64,000 nucleotides of DNA from assembly GCA_035288465.1 (NCBI GenBank), contig DATEAH010000007.1, forward strand, positions 66,090 through 130,089, written 5' to 3'. The notes under the pieces were generated by a model. It had not been told where the DNA came from. It did no database searches and saw nothing but the letters and a program-made list of their open reading frames with translations. Position numbers and translations under genes: made by a program. This DNA is from Patescibacteria group bacterium. Its GTDB lineage: Bacteria; Patescibacteriota; UBA1384; DATEAH01. Every line of letters starts with the position of its first letter. Positions within the stretch are counted from its first letter, which is position 1. Positions 27,071-37,812 of the stretch are shown here, in pieces.

Positions 27071-28033
27071 ATGTTTAAAAAAATAATTATTGGAATTTTG
27101 GTTTTGGGGTTGAGTTTTCCTCAAATTATTTTTGCAACTTCAAGCCAAAAAAATATCTATGATTCGCAGGGAACTTATGTAGGATATAGCAAAATATGGT
27201 CGGATAAAGACTCAGCCTTGGCTAATGGTTCTGAAATTATTAAGATAAACGGTGGTGTTTGGATTGTGAGCACAGAATGTCCAAGTGCGCCTTGCTATTG
27301 GCCTCCGGGCGGAGGTCATAAGTATAGAATTTTAGTTTCTGGTTCAGGAAATTCGATTTCTCCTTCAGAAATAACGAGCGGTGATGTAATTTTTCAACTT
27401 TCATCTACGGTGGCTGACACTAAAACCATAACTCTCCAAAATTGGCAAATGACAGACTGGGCTACAGATGCTTCAATTCAAATAACTTTTACTTCTGCTA
27501 CTCAACCCAAATCCACCACCACGACCACCTCTGCCCCTGCCACTGTTCAAAAACCATCAGCACCTGCCATTTCTGCTATTAATGGCAATGCCCTGTCAGA
27601 AAACAAGACATATAATAAAACTTTAAGGCAAGGCCAAAAAATCACTTTTTCTGGCAAAACATCAGTCAATTCAACTGTTAAATTATATATCTACTCCGAT
27701 CCGATTACCGCAGAGGTCAAATCAGATAAAGACGGTAATTGGTTGTACACTTTAACCCAAGATCTAGCAATTGGCGAGCATCGTGTCGAAGCTGAAGTCA
27801 CTGACGCCAATAGTCAAAAATCTGATAAGGTAGAAATTGCTAAGTTTACCATTAAACCCAAAATTGAAACACCGGCATCAACTTCAACCAATATCCCCAC
27901 TTTTATTTTCAGCACTTTAACCTATGGTTTATTTGGTTTAGTTTTAGTTTTGATGGGAATTTTGATTTATTTAATTATTAAAAGAAAAAAGAAAGTTGGA
28001 AATTCAAATATTCCATCGAATCCTGTAGTTTAA
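27071..28033 (+). CDS. hypothetical cell-surface protein (signal peptide, Thr-rich linker, C-terminal TM anchor)
   Basis: 320 aa. N-terminal signal, a TTTTTSAPATVQKP linker, and a C-terminal hydrophobic helix followed by KRKKK. Confidence 0.45.
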   Translation: MFKKIIIGILVLGLSFPQIIFATSSQKNIYDSQGTYVGYSKIWSDKDSALANGSEIIKINGGVWIVSTECPSAPCYWPPGGGHKYRILVSGSGNSISPSEITSGDVIFQLSSTVADTKTITLQNWQMTDWATDASIQITFTSATQPKSTTTTTSAPATVQKPSAPAISAINGNALSENKTYNKTLRQGQKITFSGKTSVNSTVKLYIYSDPITAEVKSDKDGNWLYTLTQDLAIGEHRVEAEVTDANSQKSDKVEIAKFTIKPKIETPASTSTNIPTFIFSTLTYGLFGLVLVLMGILIYLIIKRKKKVGNSNIPSNPVV

Positions 28034-28075
28034 AATAATTAAAGGAATATTAAAGCTGTTTTAGCATAAATTTTA

Positions 28076-29335
28076 TTGAGGGGCAAATTGGCACTATTCG
28101 ATTTTCTAAAACCTAACAAGGGAAATTTTGGCTTAGTTTTAGATATTGGCACCGAATTTATTAAAGCTCTAATTTTTGAAATTAAAGGCGATGAAGCGGA
28201 AATTTTGGGTGTCGCCCGGGTGAGGCAGAAATTAACGGAAATGCGCGGCGGCGTAGTTTTGGATATTGAGGGAGTGATAAAAAATTCTCAAGAAGCGATT
28301 GCCAGAGCCGAAGAAATGGCAAAAGCAACTGCCACTCAAGTGATTGTCGGCATTGCTGGAGAATTGGTTAAAGGCACGACCACCACGGTTCATTATTCTC
28401 GCGCCAAAGCTAAAGAAAAAATTACCTATGCGGAGTTGAGAAATATCGTTGATAAGGTGCAGCGGCGTGCTTTTGATAAAGTTCGCGAATCGCTTTCTTT
28501 TGAAACTGGGCATGCAGAAATTGATGTCAAATTAGTTAATGCTGCAATCGTGGATGTTAAAATTGATGGGTACCGCGTCACTAACCCTTTGGGTTTCCAA
28601 GGAAAAGATGTCTCGGTCTCGGTTTTTAACGCTTTTGCGCCGATTGTGCATTTAGGGGCATTGCAAACAATCACTGAAGAATTGGGTTTAGATTTAATTG
28701 CGATTGCGGCCGAGCCATATGCAGTCGCCAAAGCAGTCGGTTTGGATGATTCCTTGGATTTTTCCGCGATCTTTATGGATTTAGGCGGGGGAACCACCGA
28801 TATTGCGGTGGTGAGAAATGGCGGCTTGGAAGGGACAAAAATGATTGCCATTGGTGGCCGTTCATTTACTAAACGATTATCACAAAATTTGAGCATTTCT
28901 TTTGAGATGGCTGAAGAGATGAAAATTAGTTATTCAAATGGTTTTTTGGAAGGAAAATCTGCTGGCAGGGTCAAGAAAGCATTTTTGCCTGATTGCAAGG
29001 TTTGGCTTTCTGGAGTAGAATTAACATTAGAGGAGTTTTCTGATGATTTATTACCTTCTCGTATTTTGTTATGCGGTGGTGCTTCGGCTTTGCCAGAAAT
29101 TAAATATATCTTAGAAACTGACGATTGGTATAAAAGGTTGGCTTTTGCGAAAAAACCAACCATAGAATTTATTCATACCGAGGACGTGGCAAGAATTAAG
29201 GATTTGACTCGTCGTTTACAAAATCCACAAGACATTACGCCCATGGCATTAGCCAATACCGCTTTAGATTTTACCGGACCAGAAAATATTGTGGACGGGA
29301 TATTAAACAAGGTGGTGAAATCATTAAGAGAATAA
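28076..29335 (+). CDS. ftsA: actin-fold ATPase of the FtsA/PilM family (FtsA-like)
   Basis: 419 aa. LDIGTEFIKALIFE N-terminal phosphate-1 motif and MDLGGGTTDIAVV phosphate-2 motif. TTG start. Confidence 0.6.
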   Translation: MRGKLALFDFLKPNKGNFGLVLDIGTEFIKALIFEIKGDEAEILGVARVRQKLTEMRGGVVLDIEGVIKNSQEAIARAEEMAKATATQVIVGIAGELVKGTTTTVHYSRAKAKEKITYAELRNIVDKVQRRAFDKVRESLSFETGHAEIDVKLVNAAIVDVKIDGYRVTNPLGFQGKDVSVSVFNAFAPIVHLGALQTITEELGLDLIAIAAEPYAVAKAVGLDDSLDFSAIFMDLGGGTTDIAVVRNGGLEGTKMIAIGGRSFTKRLSQNLSISFEMAEEMKISYSNGFLEGKSAGRVKKAFLPDCKVWLSGVELTLEEFSDDLLPSRILLCGGASALPEIKYILETDDWYKRLAFAKKPTIEFIHTEDVARIKDLTRRLQNPQDITPMALANTALDFTGPENIVDGILNKVVKSLRE

Positions 29336-29345
29336 AGGAGGAGGT

Positions 29346-31043
29346 TTGGAAAAAGTCCTATATTTAGAACCTGACGAAGAGATAACTTCGGTAATTGACC
29401 GGATGGAAAAAATTTCCTCAAACACCGTGGCTTTGGTTCTTCCTCGTAATGCGGTCGTGGCGCAAAGCCTGGTTAATTTGAAATTACTTAAAAAAGAAGC
29501 GGCCAGACTTAATAAAAAAATTGCCCTAATTACGACTGATAGGGTTGGCATAAATTTAGCTGAGCAATTGGGCATAAGGGTTTCCGATAAGTTGGATCGA
29601 GAATTTTTAGAACCAGAAGAAACCGGCTTAGATGATGAGGAAGAGAAAACTGAGAAGGCTGAAGAAAAAACCGAGGAAGCTGAAAAAAATGTTGCTTTTG
29701 AGCCTTCAGAGGAATTATTGGTAGATACCACCAAGTCTAAAGCTTTCCCAGAGCCAGCCAAGTCCGACTTAAAAACTAAACCTCTTGATCATAAACCTGA
29801 GGTTCATCCGCAATTTGCCAAAGCCGGCACGAAAGTGGCTGATTTTTCTGGGAAGCGTAAATTTAAATTTAATAAAAAATTATTGATTTTTGGATTAATT
29901 TTCAGCGTTTTTGTGTTAGCATTTGTCGCCTTTTTATTCTTGCCTCGCGCAAAAGTTAGTTTGATTGTAAAAACTGAAGCTTTTAATCATAGCTTTGATT
30001 TTACTGCTGATAAAGCTTTAGTAGATGTGGATTTGCCAAAAAGCTCTATTCCGGCAAAATTAACCGAAACAAGTCTGGAAAAAGAATCAAAAGCGACTGC
30101 GACTGGTACCAAAGAAATTGGAGCAAAAGCCTCAGGAACAGTGCGTATTTATAATAGTTATGATTCTGATGCCCAAGTTTTAAATGCCGGCGCCAGCTTG
30201 ACAAAAAACGGCAAGGTTTTTAGAACCACCGCACGAGTGACAGTGCCCGGTTTTACACTTGAAGCTGGAGTCCCGGTTCCTGGAGTAGCGAATGCCTCAA
30301 TTCAAGCAGACAAAGAAGGCGATAGCTATAATGTGGCGGCAGGGAAATTTTCTGTGTCAGGTTTCCCCTCTGATAAATTTTATGGACAATCGAGTGCGGC
30401 GATGGCGGGTGGCTATTCAAAAATTGTGACCGTGGTCAGTCAGTCTGACATTGATAAAATAAAAAAATCAGTTGGTGATGCCGCTTTGGTTGATGCTAAA
30501 AATGCTTTAAAAGAAAAAATTGATCCAGAATATGATTTTATTGAATCAGGGATTGAGACTTCAGAAACCCAATTTACAAGCTCGGCTAAAGTTTCAGATC
30601 AGGTTTCAGAATTTACGGTGAAGATAAAATATAAAGCGCAGGCTTTGATTTTTAAGAAAACTGATTTTGAAAAAGTCGCTCAAGATAATTTTAAGACCAA
30701 GGTGACTTCGCAACAAAAAGAATTGGTGGAAATGGATTATACAAAATTGTCGAAAGCAGTAAAAAGCCAAGATTTAAATAAAGGCGAAATGGTGGTTACG
30801 GTTTCAGGTGTCGGATATATCGGACCAAAACTAGACGAAAAAACCTTAAAATTAAATTTAATCGGCAAAGATCGCATTAAATCAGAACAATATTTAACGA
30901 GTTTTGTGGAAGTTGAATCAGCTCAGGTTGAATTATGGCCATTTTGGGTGAAAAAAGTACCATCATTAGATGATAATATAAAGATTAATGTTGAATATCA
31001 GAATCCGGCACCGACCGAATCTACTTCCACTAAAAACAAATAG
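29346..31043 (+). CDS. hypothetical bitopic membrane protein (TTG start)
   Basis: 565 aa. Conserved ~80-aa cytoplasmic N-domain, acidic linker, one TM and a ~350-aa beta-rich extracytoplasmic domain. Confidence 0.45.
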   Translation: MEKVLYLEPDEEITSVIDRMEKISSNTVALVLPRNAVVAQSLVNLKLLKKEAARLNKKIALITTDRVGINLAEQLGIRVSDKLDREFLEPEETGLDDEEEKTEKAEEKTEEAEKNVAFEPSEELLVDTTKSKAFPEPAKSDLKTKPLDHKPEVHPQFAKAGTKVADFSGKRKFKFNKKLLIFGLIFSVFVLAFVAFLFLPRAKVSLIVKTEAFNHSFDFTADKALVDVDLPKSSIPAKLTETSLEKESKATATGTKEIGAKASGTVRIYNSYDSDAQVLNAGASLTKNGKVFRTTARVTVPGFTLEAGVPVPGVANASIQADKEGDSYNVAAGKFSVSGFPSDKFYGQSSAAMAGGYSKIVTVVSQSDIDKIKKSVGDAALVDAKNALKEKIDPEYDFIESGIETSETQFTSSAKVSDQVSEFTVKIKYKAQALIFKKTDFEKVAQDNFKTKVTSQQKELVEMDYTKLSKAVKSQDLNKGEMVVTVSGVGYIGPKLDEKTLKLNLIGKDRIKSEQYLTSFVEVESAQVELWPFWVKKVPSLDDNIKINVEYQNPAPTESTSTKNK

Positions 31044-31070
31044 CGAGATTTGTAGTTTGGACTGGGAATA

Positions 31071-31496
31071 ATGGAAAAACTTGAATCTATATTAGGGATT
31101 GATCTGGGCGAAAAAAGGGTTGGTTTGGCAATGGCAAAATCTGGAATTGCTTTTGAGTATAAAACAATTAATTTTAATAATCTGTCTGAGCTGATAGAAC
31201 AAATTGTGAAAATTTGCCAAGACGAGAAAATTGAAAAAATCATTTTAGGGGTCGCAAAAAATCGAGAAGGAGAGATTGGTTTTCAGGCGAATTTACAACT
31301 TGATTTTAAAAACCAACTCGAGAAAGCCGTAAAGTTGTCGGTTTTGATAATTTCAGAACTTTACACCACCAAAGAGGCCCGTCGGATTTTGACGGAGATG
31401 GGTTTGGGTGAAGACAAAATTAAAGCCAGGCTTGATGCGAAAGCCGCCCAATTGATATTAGAATCATATTTAGAAAAAAATAATGCCACAAATTGA
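31071..31496 (+). CDS. ruvX: Holliday-junction resolvase-like protein YqgF/RuvX
   Basis: 141 aa. ILGIDLGEKRVGLAMA N-terminal RNase H-like motif. Confidence 0.85.
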   Translation: MEKLESILGIDLGEKRVGLAMAKSGIAFEYKTINFNNLSELIEQIVKICQDEKIEKIILGVAKNREGEIGFQANLQLDFKNQLEKAVKLSVLIISELYTTKEARRILTEMGLGEDKIKARLDAKAAQLILESYLEKNNATN

Positions 31497-32595
31497 CACT
31501 TTAAGACCCAAAAAACAAACTTTTCCTCCTCGTCTTCTTCCCCCTCATCCTCCCAAAAAACGCACTGGTTGTTTAAAAGGAGGGATTTTTATTTTATTGG
31601 CCGTATTGTTGATTGGTGGAAGTGCCGGATGGCTGGGACACCAAATTAAAATTCCTAAAACATTAGCCGAGCCAGTTGATTTTACAGTTCAAAAAGGTGA
31701 TTCCGTGGATGTGATTTCTCGTAATTTAGAAAAATCAGGCTTAATCGACTACCCGTTCGTTTTTAAAATATATTTAGTTTTAAGCAACCAGTCTTCGAAT
31801 TTGAAAGCGGGCAGTTTTCATTTTGCCGATTCGGTAGATATTCCGCAAATTGTAAGAATAATTTCAGCTGGTGAAATCGCGAAAAATCAAGTCACTATTG
31901 TTGAGGGCATGAGAAGAGAAGAAATTGCGAAGTTTTTAGAAAGTCGTGGTTTAATTAAAGCTAAAGATTTTATTTTGGCGACAGATAGTCCGGCAGATAA
32001 ATCGAAATATCCCTTTTTGGCCAGCCTAGATTCTAGCGATTCTCTGGAGGGATTTCTTTTTCCAGATACTTATCAATTGGGAGAAAAACCAACAGCTCAG
32101 CTTTTGGTAGAAAAAATGTTGACTAATTTTGAAGATAAATACAATTTGGAATTTGCCAATTTGCTAAAAAATCAAGATTTAAGTTTGCCAGAAGTAGTAA
32201 ATTTGGCCTCAATAATCGAAAGAGAAGTTTCAAAGCCGAGCGAAAGAGCGACCGTGGCGGGAATTTATTTTAATCGATTAAATATCGAGATGAAATTGCA
32301 AGCTGATCCCACAATTCAATATGCTAAAGATACTCAAACACCACCGGCGAAATACTTAGATTATTGGGCAGAAATTACTATGGCTGATTATCGACAGGTT
32401 ATTTCAAAATATAACACGTATTTACATTTAGGTTTGCCGCCAGGACCGATTTGTAATCCAAGTTTATCCTCAATTGAAGCAGTTTTGAAGCCAAAAAAAT
32501 CAGATTATTATTACTTTTTTACGACTAACGGAGATATATATTATAGTAAAACTCTTGAAGAACACGAGCAGAAGCAAACTCAATATTTGAAATAA
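31483..32595 (+). CDS. mltG: endolytic murein transglycosylase MltG (YceG-like)
   Basis: 370 aa. N-terminal TM and YceG-like domain, with the conserved region LQADPTIQYA ... YNTYLHLGLPPGPICNPS. Confidence 0.8.
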   Translation: MPQIDTLRPKKQTFPPRLLPPHPPKKRTGCLKGGIFILLAVLLIGGSAGWLGHQIKIPKTLAEPVDFTVQKGDSVDVISRNLEKSGLIDYPFVFKIYLVLSNQSSNLKAGSFHFADSVDIPQIVRIISAGEIAKNQVTIVEGMRREEIAKFLESRGLIKAKDFILATDSPADKSKYPFLASLDSSDSLEGFLFPDTYQLGEKPTAQLLVEKMLTNFEDKYNLEFANLLKNQDLSLPEVVNLASIIEREVSKPSERATVAGIYFNRLNIEMKLQADPTIQYAKDTQTPPAKYLDYWAEITMADYRQVISKYNTYLHLGLPPGPICNPSLSSIEAVLKPKKSDYYYFFTTNGDIYYSKTLEEHEQKQTQYLK

Positions 32596-32635
32596 ATTTT
32601 AACATACTTTACAATTTAGAAAATAATTAGATATG

Positions 32636-32654
32636 TGGGGGCTAACCCCCTTTT
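32636..32654 (+). terminator. intrinsic terminator ggggg-ctaa-ccccc plus tttt
   Basis: Immediately downstream of mltG. Confidence 0.45.
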
Positions 32655-32689
32655 AATTTAATGAATTTTTTGAGATAATAATAAAGAAT

Positions 32690-32790
32690 AAAATCCTAAA
32701 TCCGAAATTCTAAACAAATCCAAAATTCAATTATTAAATTTCACAACCGTAAAGATTCAAAATTTTGGAAATTAGAATTTATTTGGAGTT
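32690..32790. repeat. AT-rich intergenic inverted-repeat element, copy C
   Basis: Contains aaatcctaaatccgaaattctaaacaaat, a 29-nt exact match to copy D. Confidence 0.55.
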
Positions 32791-32841
32791 TGTCTGCTAA
32801 ACGGCGGATTAGAAATTAAAATTTGACGCTGGAGGCGTTTA

Positions 32842-33897
32842 ATGATATTTGATCGTTTTTTAGGTTCTTTTTCGCACGATATTGGCATTGATTTGGGTAC
32901 CTGCAATACCTTAGTTTATGTTAAAGGAAAAGGAATTGTAGTCAAGGAATCGTCAGTGGTGGCGATCAATACTAAAACCAAACTAATTTTGGCGATTGGT
33001 GATGAGGCCCAAAAGATGGTAGGTCGTACCCCAGCCCACATTGTGGCGATTAAGCCTTTGATTGATGGCGTGGTTTCAGATTTTGAAGTGACTGAAGAAA
33101 TGTTAAAATATTTTATTGAAAAAGTGCACCGGCGTACCTTTGCTTTTTTACCTCGTCCTCGAGTGGTGATAGGAATTCCTTATGGTGTCACCGAAGTTGA
33201 AAGGCGGGCAGTTGAGGAGGCGGCGATGAATGCGGGCGCGAGACAAGTATTTTTGATTGAAGAACCGATGGCAGCCGCAATTGGGGCAAGGTTGCCGGTT
33301 CAGGAAGCGGCCGGGAATATGGTGATTGATATTGGTGGTGGCACCACGGAAGTGGCAGTCATTAGTTTGGGTGGGATTGTGGCTTCGAGATCTTTGCGAA
33401 TTGCCGGCAACGAACTTAATGATGATATTATTCAATATGCCCGTGAACATTTTAACCTTTTATTAGGCGAAAGAACCTCGGAAGCGATTAAAATAAATAT
33501 CGGTTCCGCTTATCCTCAAACTGAAAAAAAGACGGTGAAATTAAAAGGCCGAGATTTAATCACGGGTTTGCCAAAAGAAATTGTCGCCACTGATGAGCAG
33601 ATTAGAACCGCAATTTCAGGATCAGTTCGAAAAATTGTTGACGCGGCAAAAACCACCCTCGAAGAAACCCCTCCAGAATTACTGGCTGATATTATGGATC
33701 GGGGAATTGTTTTAACTGGTGGCGGCGCTTTATTAAAGGGTTTGGATACTTTTATTTCGAAATCAACACAAACTAAAGTCTATATTGCTGATGATCCCTT
33801 AACTTCAGTGGTGCGGGGTGCCGGTTTGGTACTTGAAGATATTGATACTCTAAAAGACGTGCTCTTGCCTTCAGAACATCAAAGAATGCCAATGTAA
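32842..33897 (+). CDS. mreB: rod-shape determining protein MreB
   Basis: 351 aa. IGIDLGTCNTLVYV, DIGGGTTEVAVIS and VLTGGGALL actin-fold motifs. Confidence 0.9.
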   Translation: MIFDRFLGSFSHDIGIDLGTCNTLVYVKGKGIVVKESSVVAINTKTKLILAIGDEAQKMVGRTPAHIVAIKPLIDGVVSDFEVTEEMLKYFIEKVHRRTFAFLPRPRVVIGIPYGVTEVERRAVEEAAMNAGARQVFLIEEPMAAAIGARLPVQEAAGNMVIDIGGGTTEVAVISLGGIVASRSLRIAGNELNDDIIQYAREHFNLLLGERTSEAIKINIGSAYPQTEKKTVKLKGRDLITGLPKEIVATDEQIRTAISGSVRKIVDAAKTTLEETPPELLADIMDRGIVLTGGGALLKGLDTFISKSTQTKVYIADDPLTSVVRGAGLVLEDIDTLKDVLLPSEHQRMPM

Positions 33898-33931
33898 TTA
33901 GCATTTATTATTTTGAAACCTTGGGATAATT

Positions 33932-34735
33932 ATGAAATTAACTTTAGATAAAATTTTAATTTCAATTTTAGCGTTGGTGATAATTGCGTCTTTAATTATT
34001 CCCAAAAAATATTTTCTAACACCTGTCAAAGGTGCGGCAATGACGGTTTTGGCACCGATTCAAAAAATAGTTTCAGGCTCTGGTAAATCGATTTATGATT
34101 TTTTCTCAACAATCTCTAAAATCTCGCGATTAGCGAAAGAAAATGATCAACTTCGATTAGAAAAAGACCGCTTGGTTGAAAAAAACACCGCTTTAGTTGA
34201 AGCTCAAAAAGAAAATGAAATTTTACGTTCAGAGTTGAATTTTCGAAATTCTAATCCATATAAATTATTACCCGTCAATGTGATTGGAAAAGATCCAACA
34301 AATGTCCAGGAATCTTTAACAATTGATGCCGGCACGAAGGATGGCTTGAAAGAAGGCATGCCAGTGGTAAGCGCCGGAATATTAGTGGGAAAAATTTCTG
34401 AGGTTCATTATACTTCTTCGAACGTTCTTTTGGTAACTAATCCAAATAGCGTAGTAAATGCAATGTTGCAAGAAAGTCGGGCATATGGTTTGGTGCGAGG
34501 TGAGTTGGGCTTTGGTTTAGTAATGGAATCAATTCCGCAAGAAACTAAAATTAATGTTGGTGACCGCGTCATTACTTCTGGGCTGGGAGGGATTTTTCCA
34601 AAAGGATTAATTATTGGTCAAGTTTTAGAAATTATTTCTAAACAAGGTGATATTTTTAAATCCGCCAGCCTTAAGCCAGACCTTGATTTGTCCAAACTCG
34701 AAATTGCCTTTGTCATATTAGGAGTTCAAGAATAG
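33932..34735 (+). CDS. mreC: rod-shape determining protein MreC
   Basis: 267 aa. N-terminal TM, coiled coil and C-terminal beta-domain. Lies between mreB and mreD. Confidence 0.7.
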   Translation: MKLTLDKILISILALVIIASLIIPKKYFLTPVKGAAMTVLAPIQKIVSGSGKSIYDFFSTISKISRLAKENDQLRLEKDRLVEKNTALVEAQKENEILRSELNFRNSNPYKLLPVNVIGKDPTNVQESLTIDAGTKDGLKEGMPVVSAGILVGKISEVHYTSSNVLLVTNPNSVVNAMLQESRAYGLVRGELGFGLVMESIPQETKINVGDRVITSGLGGIFPKGLIIGQVLEIISKQGDIFKSASLKPDLDLSKLEIAFVILGVQE

Positions 34736-34742
34736 GAGGCAT

Positions 34743-35267
34743 TTGAAAGATTGGCCATTAAATTTAATCCTGATTATATTTGCGGCTATTTTGCAAACAA
34801 CTATTATGCATTATTTCTCGATTAAATTTGGTATTGCCAATATTATTTTGTGTGTATTCGTAATATTGCTGTTTTTTAAATATCGGAAAATTGCGTTATT
34901 ATGGGTAGTGGTCGGAGGAATAATTTTAGATTTATTGTCTTCGAGTCCGGCCGGTCTTTATTTTTTTGGATTTTTGATAATTTATTTAGCCATTGCCCAG
35001 TTTTTAAAGAATACTGATTTAGAAGAAATTTTAGCCTTGTTGGTTTTGGAAGTTTTAGCCTCTTTAGTATTTGATATATTCTTCTTAATATATTTGAGAA
35101 TTTGGGGTCAAATAATTCCCATAAATATATTTTTGAATCTGGCAATTTTTGATGGCATATTAAATATTATTTTAACCATCTTTATCTATTTACTAGTGAT
35201 ATTTTTCCAAAAACGTTTTTCGCGTCGCCGTAAAAATCAGATTTTTCTTGCCAGCTATATTAAATAA
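34743..35267 (+). CDS. mreD: rod-shape determining protein MreD (polytopic)
   Basis: 174 aa, 4-5 TM. Position follows mreC. Confidence 0.6.
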   Translation: MKDWPLNLILIIFAAILQTTIMHYFSIKFGIANIILCVFVILLFFKYRKIALLWVVVGGIILDLLSSSPAGLYFFGFLIIYLAIAQFLKNTDLEEILALLVLEVLASLVFDIFFLIYLRIWGQIIPINIFLNLAIFDGILNIILTIFIYLLVIFFQKRFSRRRKNQIFLASYIK

Positions 35268-35279
35268 TAAAATAAAATT

Positions 35280-37208
35280 ATGGATATATTTGATTATTTT
35301 GATCGAAAAATTTTAGGTGATCATAAAACTCGAACCATCAAAAGAGATTTTGACGAGATTGGTGATTTAGCAGGTGATGACAGCGCTTTATCAGATGTCA
35401 AAAAGTCTCAACATTTTTATTTATTTTATTTAATCATCATCGCGGTTTTTGTGGTTTTGGTGTATCGGCTTTGGAATTTGCAACTTACACAAGGAGCCCA
35501 TTTTCGGTACTTATCTGAGGGTAACCGTATTCGAACCACGGTCACAACCTCAACTCGAGGAGTAATTTATGATCAGGGTGGCAATATTTTAGTTTCAAAT
35601 GTGCCTTCATTTGTACTTCAGGTGACACCCCAAGATTTGCCTAAAAAACAAGCCGATAAAAATGCTTTAATTCAAAAAGTCGCCAAAGCAACCGGCATTA
35701 CTGCTTTGGAAATCTCAAATAAAATTAAACCAGAATTAGCTGAGCCGCAAGTTTTAGTGGAAAATATTGAACGAGAGAAAGCTTTGGCTTGGAAGGAGCA
35801 ATTAGCAAATTTAGCCGCTTTCAGCGTTGAAGAAAGAGCTACCAGGCAATACAAATCTGAAGCAGCCTTAGCACATATATTGGGATATGTGGGTAAAATT
35901 AATCAAAAAGAATATGATGAACTTGGATCGCAGGGTTACACGATGTTGGATTTAATCGGTAAAACTGGTTTAGAAAATTTTTATGAAAAAGAACTCAAAG
36001 GGAAAAATGGTAAAAAACAGGTTGAAGTTGATGCCATGGGTAAAATTTCAAGAATTTTAGCACAATCAAATCCCGAGGCTGGCAATAGTTTAGTTTTGAA
36101 TTTGGATTTAGGATTACAGAAAAAAATGACAAGCGTTCTCGAAAAAGCCGTCACCAATTCCAAAAGTACCGGTGCGGCCGCGGTCGCGATTAATCCACAA
36201 AATGGGGCAGTTTTAGGAATGGTATCTGTGCCAAGTTTTGATAATAATATTTTTACTACCCAAAGCTCTCAACAATTTGCACCACAATATCAGCAATTAA
36301 TCACTGATCCCAAAAAACCTTTATATAATCGGGCAATTTCAGGAGTTTATCCACCCGGTTCAACCATCAAAATGCTAGTCGGATCCGCCGGTTTGCAAGA
36401 AGGGGTGATTAATGTAAATACGCATTTATTCGCCCAAGAAGCAATTTTGGTGCCGAATAAATATGATCCCTCGATTGTGTATCGATTTCCAGATTGGAAA
36501 CCTGGCGGCCATGGTTATGTCAATGTGATTTCGTCAATTGCCAAAAGTTGTGACGTTTTTTTCTATGCTGTTGGAGGCGGTTATGAACAAATTTCAGGAT
36601 TGGGAATTGATAAACTTTACCAATATTTTAAAAAGTATGGTCTAGGTGATAAGACTGGTATCGATTTGGCAGGTGAGAATTCTGGGTTAGCGCCAAATCC
36701 TGATTGGAAGAAAAAAGCCAAAAAAGAAGATTGGTATTTTGGCGATACCTACCATGTTTCAATTGGACAAGGCGATTTATTGGTAACGCCAATCCAATTG
36801 GCCGATTATGTGGCGGCAGTGGCAAATGGTGGGAGTTTACTTAAACCACATTTAATTTGGAAAATCCAAGATTCTGAAGGCAATGTCATCAAAGAATATA
36901 CGAAAGATGTTAAAACTGCCAACATTGTCTCTCCAGAAAATATGGAAATTATTCGTCGTGGGATGAGAGAAGCCGTCACCTCAGGAACTGCAAAAATATT
37001 AAGTGCTTTGCCGGTTTCATCGGCTGGAAAAACTGGGACAGCTCAATTTGATAATAATGCCAAAACTCACTCGTGGTTTGCTTCTTTCGCCCCATACGAT
37101 AATCCGACAATCGCTTTAGTGGTTTTAGCTGAAGGTGGCGGTGAAGGTCATGAAGTGGCGGCACCAGCTGCCAAAGAAATTTTACAGTATTATTTCAGCA
37201 GAAAATAA
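35280..37208 (+). CDS. mrdA: penicillin-binding protein 2 (class B transpeptidase)
   Basis: 642 aa. N-terminal TM and a PBP dimerisation domain. Transpeptidase motifs STIK (GSTIKML), SxN and KTGTAQ. Confidence 0.85.
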   Translation: MDIFDYFDRKILGDHKTRTIKRDFDEIGDLAGDDSALSDVKKSQHFYLFYLIIIAVFVVLVYRLWNLQLTQGAHFRYLSEGNRIRTTVTTSTRGVIYDQGGNILVSNVPSFVLQVTPQDLPKKQADKNALIQKVAKATGITALEISNKIKPELAEPQVLVENIEREKALAWKEQLANLAAFSVEERATRQYKSEAALAHILGYVGKINQKEYDELGSQGYTMLDLIGKTGLENFYEKELKGKNGKKQVEVDAMGKISRILAQSNPEAGNSLVLNLDLGLQKKMTSVLEKAVTNSKSTGAAAVAINPQNGAVLGMVSVPSFDNNIFTTQSSQQFAPQYQQLITDPKKPLYNRAISGVYPPGSTIKMLVGSAGLQEGVINVNTHLFAQEAILVPNKYDPSIVYRFPDWKPGGHGYVNVISSIAKSCDVFFYAVGGGYEQISGLGIDKLYQYFKKYGLGDKTGIDLAGENSGLAPNPDWKKKAKKEDWYFGDTYHVSIGQGDLLVTPIQLADYVAAVANGGSLLKPHLIWKIQDSEGNVIKEYTKDVKTANIVSPENMEIIRRGMREAVTSGTAKILSALPVSSAGKTGTAQFDNNAKTHSWFASFAPYDNPTIALVVLAEGGGEGHEVAAPAAKEILQYYFSRK

Positions 37209-37359
37209 GTTAAAATTTAGGTTTGGGCTACTTGACAAATATTATTCAGTTTTTTACAATTTGTTCATATAGGAGAAAAAGGGGGGTATTTTTATCCTAA
37301 AATTAATATCAAACCCTTCTAAATCAGCTCGTCTCGGGGCTCTTTTTAAAAGGAAAACA

Positions 37360-37812
37360 ATGAAAAACGTGATTACAAAACAAGGCTTAGATCGGCTTAA
37401 AAAGGAATTAGATTATTTAAAAAAAATTAGAAGAAGGGAAGTTGCCAATCAGATTCGTGAAGCTCAAGAATGGGGCGATTATTCTGAAAATGGCGAACTT
37501 GACGAGGCTCGGCAAGAACAGGCAATTGTGGAAGCTAAAATTCAAGAATTGAGTTTTTTGGTTAAAAATTCCCAAATTATCAATGAATCATCAAAGGAGA
37601 TTGTCGAACCTGGTTGCCAAGTGGTTTTATTGTCTGGTGAAGAAAAATTTGAATACACAATTGTGGGATCGGCTGAGACTGATCCGGCAAATGGTAAAAT
37701 TTCAACCGATTCTCCGTTAGGCATGGCCTTGGCTGGCAGGACACGCGGCGAAAAGATTTCCTTAGACACGATTTCTGGTCCAGCTGAATATATTATTCAA
37801 GAAATTAGATAA
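37360..37812 (+). CDS. greA: transcription elongation factor GreA
   Basis: 150 aa. N-terminal coiled coil with acidic tip (EAQEWGDYSENGELDEA) and a C-terminal FKBP-like domain. Confidence 0.9.
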   Translation: MKNVITKQGLDRLKKELDYLKKIRRREVANQIREAQEWGDYSENGELDEARQEQAIVEAKIQELSFLVKNSQIINESSKEIVEPGCQVVLLSGEEKFEYTIVGSAETDPANGKISTDSPLGMALAGRTRGEKISLDTISGPAEYIIQEIR

